From positions 2,130,001-2,162,000 of the forward strand of contig NC_017039.1 of NCBI RefSeq assembly GCF_000284455.1: DNA of 32,000 bases, in the 5' to 3' direction. Positions 20,759 through 30,400 of the stretch are shown piece by piece; within the stretch, counting starts at the first letter, position 1, and the number at the start of each line of letters is the position of its first letter. The notes under the pieces were generated by a model. It was given only the letters and a program-made list of their open reading frames with translations, was not told the DNA's origin and made no database searches. This DNA comes from Synechocystis sp. PCC 6803 substr. PCC-P (GTDB lineage: Bacteria > Cyanobacteriota > Cyanobacteriia > Cyanobacteriales > Microcystaceae). A program made the translations under genes and the position numbers.

Positions 20759-21760
20759 ATGCTTAAGATGCTCAAGAATTTACCTCTACCCAAAAATATT
20801 ACCTGGCGATCGGTCTGGATGCGGGGCACTTCAGTGGTAATTATTTTTGTCCTGGCCTTTACCCTAGTTTTTACCCCCACCTTTGAAGCTGAAGCTCGCC
20901 GGAGTGGTGGCCGCATTGGTGGTGGCTCCTTCCGAGCCCCTAGTGCCCCCAGTCGTAGTTACAGCGGTCCTAGTGGTGGCTCCTATCGTTCCGGTGGAAC
21001 CTATGGTGGTGGTGGCTTTGGTTTTCCCTTCATCATTCCTTTTTTTGGCTTTGGTGGGGGATTCGGCGGCATCTTTGGCATTTTAGTGATGATTGCGATC
21101 GCCAACGTAGTTATCAATGCCATCCGTAATGGTGGTGGCAGCAGTGGTGAAGGGGGCGGTGGCCTGGCGGCCAGCAGCGATCCCCAAGTGGGCATTGCCC
21201 AAATTCAGGTGGGGTTACTGGCCAGTGCCAAGGAATTGAAAAAAGAACTGGATGAATTGGCCCTGTCTGCTGATACTGGCACTGCCAATGGTCGTTCCCT
21301 AGTGCTCCAGGAAGCTACTTTAGCTCTGCTCCGCCATCCTGAATATTGGGTTTATGGATCTAGTCAGAGTGACAAGGTGCGCTTGAGTGCTGCTGAGGCT
21401 GCCTTTAATCAATTAGCTCTCACCGAACGGAGTAAGTTTACCGACGAAACCCTGAGCAACTTTAACAATCAGCTACGTCAAGGGGGAAGGGCAACCGCCA
21501 TTGGTGGAGATAGTCCCGATGCAGTTCCCGATGGTGCGGGAGAATATATTCTGGTGACCATTATTGCCGCAGCCTTGGGCAATTTGAACTTGCCGGCAGT
21601 GAATGATTCCAGTCAGTTAAAACAATCCTTGCAAACTTTGGGCGGTATTAGTAGCGATCGCCTGTTGGCCATTGAGGTGCTCTGGACGCCCCAAGAAGAA
21701 GGGGATACCCTCACCAGCAACGACATTATCAGCGAATATCCAGAACTCAGGCTGGTGTAG
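20759..21760 (+). CDS. DUF1517-family membrane protein with Gly/Ser-rich linker
   Basis: N-terminal hydrophobic segment, RRSGGRIGGGSFRAPSAPSRSYSGPSGG...GGGGFGFPFIIPFFGFGGGFGG, and a C-terminal helical domain typical of DUF1517. Confidence 0.85.
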   Translation: MLKMLKNLPLPKNITWRSVWMRGTSVVIIFVLAFTLVFTPTFEAEARRSGGRIGGGSFRAPSAPSRSYSGPSGGSYRSGGTYGGGGFGFPFIIPFFGFGGGFGGIFGILVMIAIANVVINAIRNGGGSSGEGGGGLAASSDPQVGIAQIQVGLLASAKELKKELDELALSADTGTANGRSLVLQEATLALLRHPEYWVYGSSQSDKVRLSAAEAAFNQLALTERSKFTDETLSNFNNQLRQGGRATAIGGDSPDAVPDGAGEYILVTIIAAALGNLNLPAVNDSSQLKQSLQTLGGISSDRLLAIEVLWTPQEEGDTLTSNDIISEYPELRLV

Positions 21761-21808
21761 TGGTGGGAGCGATTCCTTGCCCATAGCCAAAAAATACATA
21801 TTTGAGTG

Positions 21809-21842
21809 AGCCTGGGGAACTTTGCCTGGGCTTTCTTTTTTG
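21809..21842 (+). terminator. Rho-independent terminator of the DUF1517 gene
   Basis: AGCCTGGG-gaactttg-CCTGGGCT stem (two G:T pairs) followed by TTCTTTTTTT. Confidence 0.65.
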
Positions 21843-22031
21843 GGCAAAATTTATCCAGAATATGCCGGGGAAAACTTTTTGCCTCTGGGGGAATGGGTCT
21901 AATGCCATAATTTTCGGGGCAAGGGAGCAAGGGCAATTTCCAACAGGCGCCCGGCAAAAAAGGTAATAATCAGAGCAGTTACCCCGCCGTCCATGGCTTG
22001 GTGGCCATAGTTTTCCCCGTAGCTTGTAACC

Positions 22032-22325
22032 ATGATTCCCTTTGCTTCCCAAACCTCCTCCCTCGTCAGTCACCCCGAACTTTCTGCCCTAGAACTGGCC
22101 CAGGCCCTAGCGGAAAGATTGGCGATCGCCCCCCAGGATTGGCATCGTTTAAAGGGTAATCGTCAAGCCCAGGCCGGACAAGAATTGGCAGCGGCATTGG
22201 TGTATCTACTCAAAGATAATCCCCAGGAAGCCTTAACCCATGTGCAACAGGCAGAAGGTTGGTTAGACCGCAGTTTGAGTGCGCCTCCCTGTCCGACCCA
22301 CGGCAATCGGTCTCAAAAAGCCTAG
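22032..22325 (+). CDS. Conserved-type small hypothetical protein (97 aa)
   Basis: ELSALELAQALAERLAIAPQDWHRLKGNRQAQAGQELAAALVYLLKDNPQEALTHVQQAEGWLDRSL. The ORF fills the gap before trpF and has a plausible amphipathic composition. Confidence 0.65.
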   Translation: MIPFASQTSSLVSHPELSALELAQALAERLAIAPQDWHRLKGNRQAQAGQELAAALVYLLKDNPQEALTHVQQAEGWLDRSLSAPPCPTHGNRSQKA

Positions 22326-22342
22326 GTTTTTCCAGAATAATT

Positions 22343-22999
22343 TTAGTGCTGCAAAATTGCTAGGGCGTCCAACTGAGCCCTTAACTGGGCAACTTTGGCC
22401 ACATCCTTATCCGCCGGGCCCTGTTCCACGCCACTGGAAAGGTCAATGCCGTCAGGCTGGAGTAAATTTAAGGCTTCTTGAACATTGCTAGGAGTTAATC
22501 CCCCCGCCAACCACCAGGGCAGGGGCGGCCGAAACTGCTGTAGCTTTTGCCAGGGTAGGGTTTGCCCAGTACCTCCCAATTGTTCTGGATGGTAAGCGTC
22601 GAGCAGGAGGACATCCACGGCATTGTAATAGGCTTCAGCCCGTTCTAAATCTGCCGATCGCCGGAGTCGGAGAGCTTTGATCAATCGGTGTTGGGGAAAT
22701 GCTTGTTTAACCTGGCGGCAAAAGTCGGGGCTTTCATCGCCGTGGAGTTGGATACCGTTCAGACTAGTTTGGGCTAAAAATTCCCCCAGTTTAGGGAGGG
22801 AAACATTGGCAAATACTCCGATCGCCGATCGCTTGTTATGGGCAGTTAAGCTTTGCAAAACCAGTTCAATTTCCCTGGAGCTGACGTAACGGGAAGAAGC
22901 TTCCACACAAATAAATCCCAGGGTGGTGAATCCCAAAGCGGCGATCGCCTGGGCTTGGGCAGGATGGCGTAAACCGCAAATTTTTACCTCCATGGCCAT
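22343..22999 (-). CDS. trpF: Phosphoribosylanthranilate isomerase
   Basis: Contains VKICGLRHPAQAQAIAALGFTTLGFI, GVFANVS, IQLHGDES, and GGLTPSNVQEAL...GIDLSSGVE. Confidence 0.95.
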   Translation of the reverse strand: MAMEVKICGLRHPAQAQAIAALGFTTLGFICVEASSRYVSSREIELVLQSLTAHNKRSAIGVFANVSLPKLGEFLAQTSLNGIQLHGDESPDFCRQVKQAFPQHRLIKALRLRRSADLERAEAYYNAVDVLLLDAYHPEQLGGTGQTLPWQKLQQFRPPLPWWLAGGLTPSNVQEALNLLQPDGIDLSSGVEQGPADKDVAKVAQLRAQLDALAILQH

Positions 23000-23099
23000 A
23001 GGGCAAATTTCCTGGGGATTTTAGGTTGAATAGTGAATAAACAGATGGAAATGTTCTAAATTTTAGGAAAATTGTTGAAATAGGCTCAACAATCGCAAA

Positions 23100-24092
23100 T
23101 TAATCGTTAATTACGGGTTTACGAACCAAACTCCAAATGTCTCGCAGTTGTATCTTTAACTGCTCCCGCTGGTTGATTAAATAAATACTCACCAACGTAA
23201 AAGCAACCCCTAACCACTGCAGAGAGCTAAGTTGTTCCTCCAAAATCAAGTTACTAAAGCTGAGGGCAAAAATGGGCGTTAAAAAAGTCAGGGAACTCAA
23301 GCTAGTCAAATTGCCCTTAGATGCAAGGTAGAAAAAAATGCCGTAGGCAATGGCACTGCCAAACACTGTTGCATAGGCGAGATTGCCCCAACCCCAGAGG
23401 TCAATGTTCTGCCAAGGTTCAGAATCTTGCACCAAGGCGATCGCCAACAGGGGCAAACCACCAATGATCATATGCCACCCCGTAGCTACCACCGGGTCCA
23501 CCCGACGACTAACAAAGGGAATCAGCACTGTGCCCACCGCCATGGAGAGGGACGCCAACAACATCCACAGTTCCCCGCTACTACCGAGGGCGGAACCACT
23601 CCAATTAATGCTTAAACCCTGGAGATGCCAAAGCTGATAAAACCATTCATCCGGCAGCCCAATTAGGCTAATGCCTCCCACCCCTAGTAAGAGTCCCAGC
23701 CAGCCAATGCCGCCAATTACTTCTTTAAATAACCAACTGGAAAGTAATGCCACGGCGATCGGTTGGGAATCAATAATCACTGAGCCCAAGCCTGCCCCTG
23801 TGCGCTCCAACCCCTGGGCTAAAAATCCTTGAAAAAGAGTACCGTCCACCAGGGCAAATAAAATAATCCAGCCCCAGCCCTGCCAATTCTGGGGTTGGGG
23901 ACGTTTCTGTCCCATGGCCCAGAGCAAGACTAAGATTCCGGCTGGTATGAGGCGCACCGTTGCCACAAAAAAAGGCGTGGTATCTGCCAGAACCCCCTTC
24001 ATGGCCACCATGGCCGTTCCCCAAAGGAAAAAAGGCGCAATTAGGGTTAACCCAGAACGGATGTTGGTATTTGTTTTTGATTCAATTTGCAT
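23100..24092 (-). CDS. EamA/DMT-superfamily transporter
   Basis: About ten hydrophobic segments arranged as two EamA halves, with the SFSNLILEEQLSSLQWLGVAFTLVSIYLI signature. Confidence 0.88.
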   Translation of the reverse strand: MQIESKTNTNIRSGLTLIAPFFLWGTAMVAMKGVLADTTPFFVATVRLIPAGILVLLWAMGQKRPQPQNWQGWGWIILFALVDGTLFQGFLAQGLERTGAGLGSVIIDSQPIAVALLSSWLFKEVIGGIGWLGLLLGVGGISLIGLPDEWFYQLWHLQGLSINWSGSALGSSGELWMLLASLSMAVGTVLIPFVSRRVDPVVATGWHMIIGGLPLLAIALVQDSEPWQNIDLWGWGNLAYATVFGSAIAYGIFFYLASKGNLTSLSSLTFLTPIFALSFSNLILEEQLSSLQWLGVAFTLVSIYLINQREQLKIQLRDIWSLVRKPVIND

Positions 24093-24284
24093 TGGCGGGG
24101 GGGTAATGGAGCAGGTATGGCCATCCTCCCATTGTATGTATAGTTTTGTTACAAAGCTATGGCCAAGGCAATAGTTGATATCACCATGGCAATATTTGCC
24201 AAATTTAGGGTCAATGGTAACATAGAACTATTACGCAACTGGCGCCTTTCATTACTTTCTTGAAACTCTCGAATAATTTATAGC

Positions 24285-24307
24285 AAAAAGGGGCAGACCT
24301 ATGCCCC
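24285..24307 (-). terminator. Rho-independent terminator downstream of the ABA4-like gene
   Basis: Minus strand GGGGCA-TAGGTC-TGCCCC-TTTTT, a perfect 6-bp GC-rich stem with a T-tract. Confidence 0.75.
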
Positions 24308-24323
24308 GATGTATTATATGCGA

Positions 24324-24788
24324 TTAACCAATCTCCGTTTGGGGCGTTTCCATTGTCGAGTCATTCCCCTTGCCCCATTGTTTAGTAATGGCCGCCGTGA
24401 GCAGATGGGACAACAGACCAATGGGCCCAGCGAATAAACATAAAATGAGGGAATGTACCGTCCAAACCCCAGTTTCTCGCCCCTGCCAATAAATCCAGCG
24501 ACCCACAAACAAATCCATCACCAGATAGTGGACCCAACCCACAGCCATAATTTTTTCGTCAGCAAAAGCTTGGGCAATAACGGACAACTCCGGACTGGCC
24601 AACGCCGCCGCCGATTCGGACCCCAAGGAACCGATAAATAAAAATAGATAAACCGCAGCTAAAATGGCGATGGGGAGCAGGGACTTCATCACTTTTTCCG
24701 TCCATTGCCACCGTGGCAGTAGAATCATCAAGCCCCAAAACGGCAACACAAACACATTGCTGAGATTAAAAAGTAGTTCAGTAGCCAT
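24324..24788 (-). CDS. ABA4-like (DUF4281) membrane protein
   Basis: MATELLFNLSNVFVLPFWGLMILLPRW...VGWVHYLVMDLFVGRWIYWQGRE...LCLFAGPIGLLSHLL is characteristic of ABA4-like proteins. The listed ORF extends to 24827, but I prefer the Met at 24788. Confidence 0.8.
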   Translation of the reverse strand: MATELLFNLSNVFVLPFWGLMILLPRWQWTEKVMKSLLPIAILAAVYLFLFIGSLGSESAAALASPELSVIAQAFADEKIMAVGWVHYLVMDLFVGRWIYWQGRETGVWTVHSLILCLFAGPIGLLSHLLTAAITKQWGKGNDSTMETPQTEIG

Positions 24789-24941
24789 TTTCAATAACAG
24801 TTGCTTACCAACAACTCGACAGAACAATTTAGAGTATAAAAGAATTTACAGAATCATGCCGAGTAGGCAGTCCCTTAAAGTAACAGGTAAGTGTTTATTA
24901 AGTTCTGTCGCTAAGGAAAAATTCAACCATTTGAGTAAGCT

Positions 24942-25217
24942 ATGCTACAAGATATTGTTGCTGTTAACCCTCTCAAAAACTACAAGCTTTATTTACGCTT
25001 TGAAGATAATCAAGATGGAATAGTTGATATTCAAAAACAAATTGAATTTACAGGTGTATTTGAGCCACTTAAAGACCTTGAATATTTTGCTCAAGTCAAA
25101 ATCAATCCGGAACTTGGAACTATTCAATGACCCAATGGAGCCGATTTAGACCCCGATGTGCTGTATGAAGTAATTACCCGATCGCCGTCTCCAAGCCCCC
25201 TAAATCTTGAAGTTTAA
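24942..25217 (+). pseudogene. DUF2442-family protein interrupted by an in-frame TGA
   Basis: The ORF ends at 25130 after NPELGTIQ. The same frame continues past TGA as PNGADLDPDVLYEVI...LEV* ending at 25217, which completes a DUF2442 domain. Confidence 0.75.
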
Positions 25218-25268
25218 GGAAGGGGAAAAAGACTTTTAACTAAACCTAAACCAGCTTATGATTAAGCC

Positions 25269-26297
25269 ATGGAAAAGCTTACCATCACTCGACCCGACGA
25301 CTGGCACCTGCATCTACGGGATGGAGCGGCCCTGAAAGCAGTTCTACCCCACACTGTCCGTCAATTTGCTAGGGCGATCGTCATGCCCAATTTGAAGCCT
25401 CCGGTGCGTTCCGTGGCTGATGCCGCCGCCTATCGGGAAAGGATTCTCGCCGCCATACCTGCGGGAGGCCAGTTTGAACCGCTGATGACCCTTTATCTAA
25501 CGGATAATACTAATCCCGAAGAAATTATTGCGGCCAAAGCATCCCAGTTTGTTAAAGCAGTAAAATACTATCCCGCTGGAGCCACCACCAATTCTGACTT
25601 TGGCGTCACGGATATCCATCGATGTGATGCAGTGTTGGCAGCCATGGAACAGGTGGACTTGCCCCTATTACTCCACGGCGAAGTAACGGACAGTAATATT
25701 GATATTTTCGACCGAGAAAAAGTATTCATTGAAAAATATTTAATTCCTCTCAGGGAAAAATTTCCCCGGCTGCGGGTAGTGCTGGAACATATTACTACTT
25801 CAGATGCAGTGCAATTTGTTTTATCTGCTAATAATATTGCAGCCACTATTACGCCCCAACATTTACTATTTAGTCGCAACGCTTTATTCAAAGGTGGCAT
25901 TTGTCCCCACTTTTATTGCCTGCCAATTCTGAAGCGGGAAGAACATCGTTTATCATTGCTACACGCGGCCACATCTGGTAATCCTAAATTTTTTCTCGGC
26001 ACTGATAGTGCTCCCCACGCTCGCAATAGTAAAGAGAGTTTATGTGGCTGTGCTGGTTGCTATTCTGCCCTCCATGCTATGGAGCTATATGCCGAAGCTT
26101 TTGAAAGTGTTAATTCCCTGGATAAGCTAGAAGCCTTTGCTAGCTTTTATGGCCCAGATTTTTACCAATTGCCCCGTAATACAGCACAAATTACGTTGAT
26201 GAAAAACCCTTGGCGTATTCCTGCTGAATTACCTTTCCCTGAATCTGGATTGGTGCCTCTGCGGGCCGGCGAGGAAATAACTTGGCAAATGGTGTGA
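25269..26297 (+). CDS. pyrC: Dihydroorotase (E. coli PyrC-type)
   Basis: Contains [41 protein letters not shown], and [10 protein letters not shown]. Confidence 0.96.
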   Translation: MEKLTITRPDDWHLHLRDGAALKAVLPHTVRQFARAIVMPNLKPPVRSVADAAAYRERILAAIPAGGQFEPLMTLYLTDNTNPEEIIAAKASQFVKAVKYYPAGATTNSDFGVTDIHRCDAVLAAMEQVDLPLLLHGEVTDSNIDIFDREKVFIEKYLIPLREKFPRLRVVLEHITTSDAVQFVLSANNIAATITPQHLLFSRNALFKGGICPHFYCLPILKREEHRLSLLHAATSGNPKFFLGTDSAPHARNSKESLCGCAGCYSALHAMELYAEAFESVNSLDKLEAFASFYGPDFYQLPRNTAQITLMKNPWRIPAELPFPESGLVPLRAGEEITWQMV

Positions 26298-26369
26298 TCC
26301 AAACGGGTAAAGTGGAGTGAAAATTATTAATAGTAATTACATGAATTTGCTTTTTATTGAGTCACAATC

Positions 26370-27182
26370 ATGACATACTTTGCCAGCGACTTTCAAGACT
26401 TAGATAACTCTGGAAACATTGAAAACTTTATCCGTTGTCTGGAATTGCAACAGTCACTGGACTTGTATAAATATTACAAACAAAAAACGTTTGAGAAAAT
26501 GCAGTTAAAGCCCGGTGATTCAGTGCTGGAAGTGGGATGTGGCACTGGCAATGATGCCCTTTTATTGGCTAATTATGTAGGGGAAACGGGTAAAGTTACA
26601 GCGGTGGATCGTAGTCAATTTATGCTTGACCAGGCAAGAGAGCGGGCAAAAAATTCCACCACTAAGTTTGAATTTGTTTTAGCTGATGCAGAGCAATTAC
26701 CTTTTCCCGGTGCTAATTTCACTGCGGCTAGGGTTGACCGCACTCTGCAACACATTGCCCAGCCCCAAAAGGCGATCGCCGAAATGGCCAGGGTTGTACA
26801 ATCTAATGGTTGGGTAGTGGCCTTTGAGCCGGACTGGGAAACGTTGGTCATCGATTCTGACCAGCGGGGCGTAACCCGTGCAATTACCAATTTTTGGTGT
26901 GATAACTTTCCTTCTGGCTGGGTGGGTCGCTATCTGTTTAAATACTTCCGGCAGGCGGGGCTAACTGATATTGCCGTTGACCCCATTACCATTTGCCTGA
27001 CTGAGTTTGAATTAGCTGATAAAATTTTGGACCTATCTCGGACGGTGGAAAAAATTAGCGAACAGGGAACAATCAGCCAAAATGATCTTACCCTTTGGTT
27101 CAAGGCGATTGACCAAAATGATCAAGCGGGAGAATTTTTCTGCGCTTTTACGGCATTTTTAGTTAGGGGCAGAAAGCCTTAG
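26370..27182 (+). CDS. SAM-dependent methyltransferase, class I
   Basis: Contains VLEVGCGTGNDALLLANYVGETGKVTAVDRS (motif I) and FVLADAEQLPFPGANFTAARVDRTLQHI. Confidence 0.9.
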   Translation: MTYFASDFQDLDNSGNIENFIRCLELQQSLDLYKYYKQKTFEKMQLKPGDSVLEVGCGTGNDALLLANYVGETGKVTAVDRSQFMLDQARERAKNSTTKFEFVLADAEQLPFPGANFTAARVDRTLQHIAQPQKAIAEMARVVQSNGWVVAFEPDWETLVIDSDQRGVTRAITNFWCDNFPSGWVGRYLFKYFRQAGLTDIAVDPITICLTEFELADKILDLSRTVEKISEQGTISQNDLTLWFKAIDQNDQAGEFFCAFTAFLVRGRKP

Positions 27183-27446
27183 TTAGTTATTAGTATTAAA
27201 AATTAAAACTCCTGTATTTACCCGATTATTTGGCGGTGATGATTAACCATTAAGTAATATTACTAAGAATGATCATTTTCCCAACTGCTATGACTTGAAA
27301 ATTAGTGGTTTTCACTGTTGTTTCGCTATAATGACGGAGAGCAAAGAGGAAATCGGCGGAATAGTAACGTAATATCTCAGTATTGAGCAGTCAAGCCAAA
27401 TAAAAGCCATTGGTTTTGCCTATCTTCCCAGCAATTAATCGAACTT

Positions 27447-30400
27447 ATGACTATCAATTTGGCCGATCGCCTGTCTGCGCTCACCACAGATTCAGCAGGA
27501 ACGACCCATGTTGTGTGGGTGGAAAATACCAGTCTTTGGCACGCTGTCTATGATCCGAACTCCGCCATGTGGGTTAATGCCCAGGTGATCGCCAATGTGG
27601 GTAATCAATCCCTCACTAGTCTAAATTTAATCGCCAATGACAAGTTAATTCAGCCCCCTGGTAATAACAGTAACGCCGCTCCGGCCCCTGGTTTAGTGGT
27701 GGTTTATCAACAGGGCAGTGGCAATGACAGTGATATTTTTTACACCGCCGCTCGTTACAACTCCGGGGGCAGGACGGAATGGTTAAGCACTCCCCAGGCC
27801 CTAACTTCAGACCAAGTGGGAGATTTGGCCCCCAGGGCGATCGCCGAAGAAAATGGCACAGTGCTTGTAGTAGGGCAAAAAGTTGATGCAGAGCAAGCTA
27901 AAAACCAAGCCATCCGAGAGGATACAGATCTCTATTATCAAAGTTTTACAGTCAACCAAAATCAATTTAGCAGTAATCAAAATTCCCCTGCTAGCGGCAA
28001 TATTATCCAGGGAAATTCCTACAATTATTTAGGTCGTAATCGCAATGCCCCTGCCGCCAGTTATGAAGTTCTTAGTGCAGGGGAAGCAAGCTTTCTTGGC
28101 AACAAACCTACCTATCAAGGATTAGGATTAAATTGGAACGCATCCAATGAATTTAATATTAATGCCCTTTCACTTATTCTTGCTAAAAAATTAGGACAAG
28201 AACCAGAGAAAGTTTTAAAAAGCATGTTCGGCCCTCTAATTTTATCTATCTCTTTGCAGGGTTCATCGGGCAATAATCCCGAATGGAGTTTGTTTGGGGG
28301 CGGTGAATCAACCAAAGGGAGGTTACTACTGAATTCCCTGGCTACCGTAGGGAGAAAACAAAGACGGAATGTTGGCAATAGCGAGGATAGTAATCGTTTT
28401 GATAAATGGAGAAGTCAGGGAAGAGGTGCACTTTCTCCGGATTCTCAAGAAGGGTTTGATTTATCCTTTACGTTGTCTTCTCTGTATAGCTATGGCAACA
28501 GTAATGGTAATTCTGACGGTAAATTTCCCCTTTATTTGGAAACTGGAGGAGCATTAGCTAGTTTAGCGGGGTCTATTCCTTTATTTGGTTTTGATGATAT
28601 CTTAAATCGTGGTCTAAATTTTAACTTCGGCTTATTTTTTAATGCCGGTGTAGCTCTGCAATGGCAGGTTGCCCCAAAAGATCCCGGTAATTATTTTCCC
28701 CTATTAGCTCCATACCTTGATTTAAGCGGTAACACAGACCGTTTATTTATTACCGATGGTTTTTACAATGCTTTACCGACCTATTCTGAAGTAACAGCAG
28801 CTCTAGCTTTACTGTCTAATCTGGAAGCGGCCTTTGCTTCCATTGATCAAAATAGTTCTGTAGAGCTGGAATCTTTACTGGTGGGAATTCCTGTTACATT
28901 AGGCTTTGAAGGAACCCTTGAAATTCCCTTTATTTTTAAGCTATTTGGTTCCATTGGCTTCTTTGCTGATGGTACTTTTACTATCAAAGGAGATACTCCC
29001 TCTTCCATTACCATTGGTGCTCCTTTCAATCTTACTGTCAGTCTGCTTGGTCTTATTGGTGCTAGGATTGCAGGATTTCCCACTTGGACGCAAACATTTG
29101 CTGCTTCTTCATCTCAAAATAACCAAACTGGGCTGGAAGCGAATAATACTGCTAGTGTTGATGGCTTTTTGCTCACCATTAATCTTGCTCAATTCCTGGA
29201 GCCTAATCTTAGTCTTAATCCCACAGACTTTACTGTCACCGTTACCAACGCCAATGGTCAAATTTCCACTATTCCTGTGTTTGGAGTGGTGGTTCAAACT
29301 GATAGCCAAAGTAACAACAGTGAAGTTATTTTACGACTAGAGCAGGAAATCCCCTACACCACCGTAAATGGCCAGCCTTTTTCCAATATTATTGTTAAGT
29401 ACAGTGGCAATCAATTAGGTAACTTTACCAGTAGTCCCGTTGCCCTTCAATCTCCCGACACTCTAATTTATACCTATAATCCCACCAGTGGTACAGGAAA
29501 TGACTACACCCAAAATAATCAACAGATTACTATTGCTTTTAACGGTCCACTAGACCCGGATATTCTGCCTACTGAGAATCAATTACTCAATTGGTTTGCG
29601 GTCACCAACAGCAGTAATCAAGCCATTGCTATCACTGATGTAGCGGTCAATCAAAGCAGAATTGTTTTAACCCTTGCTTCCAATACCGCCATTAACCCTG
29701 GTGAAATCTATACTGTCCAGTACAATCCTGATGCCAATAGTGACCAACAACTTAAAGCTGCCAATCAGAAAACTATCACAGCTTTTACCGTTAGTAATGG
29801 CACTGCTCCCACTGCCTGGGGGTTGATTAATCGTACCTTTGCCGGTGTTATCAATGTCCAAACCCAACCGGTACTGAGTAATTTAACCAGTGACTTTGCC
29901 CAGGACACTTCCCCCGCCTTAGCCCTCACCAGTCAGGGGGACATCTTATTAGCTTGGAGTAGTGACACCCCTCCCATTACTCCCATTTCCGTTTTAGCAG
30001 AAGGCGATTATCTTTACCTTGTCTTTGCCGATAATCTCAAAAATGACTCGGCTAATCCCCCCAGTAACTCCCAATTTACGATTAAAACTAGCGATGGGAA
30101 TACCACTACTCCCACCAACGTTTCCCTAGCCCAAAATACCATTACCCTAACCCTGACTAATTCTGTTAATGCTAGCCAAATTGTTGAAGTTAGTTATAGC
30201 TTAAGCGGGACTAATCTCACTTCTAATCTGTATCTGGCTGATGCCACAAATACAAGCTTTTGGGTTCCTGATTTCACCAACTCTGTTCAATCCGCTGGCA
30301 GTACTAGTACTGCTCCCACCAGTTTGTTAGGGTCGGTAATTTCTAACCTGATCACCATTCCCTTCAATCAGACCCTAAACGTCAATCAAATTCCCAATGG

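Noticed and set aside
21613-22073. Minus-strand ORFs in the gap after the DUF1517 gene
   Set aside because: They overlap coding sequence and a terminator, and the composition looks non-coding.
27327-27332. TATAAT as a -10 box for the giant gene
   Set aside because: No acceptable -35 or activator site at the right spacing. The motif alone is weak evidence in AT-rich sequence.
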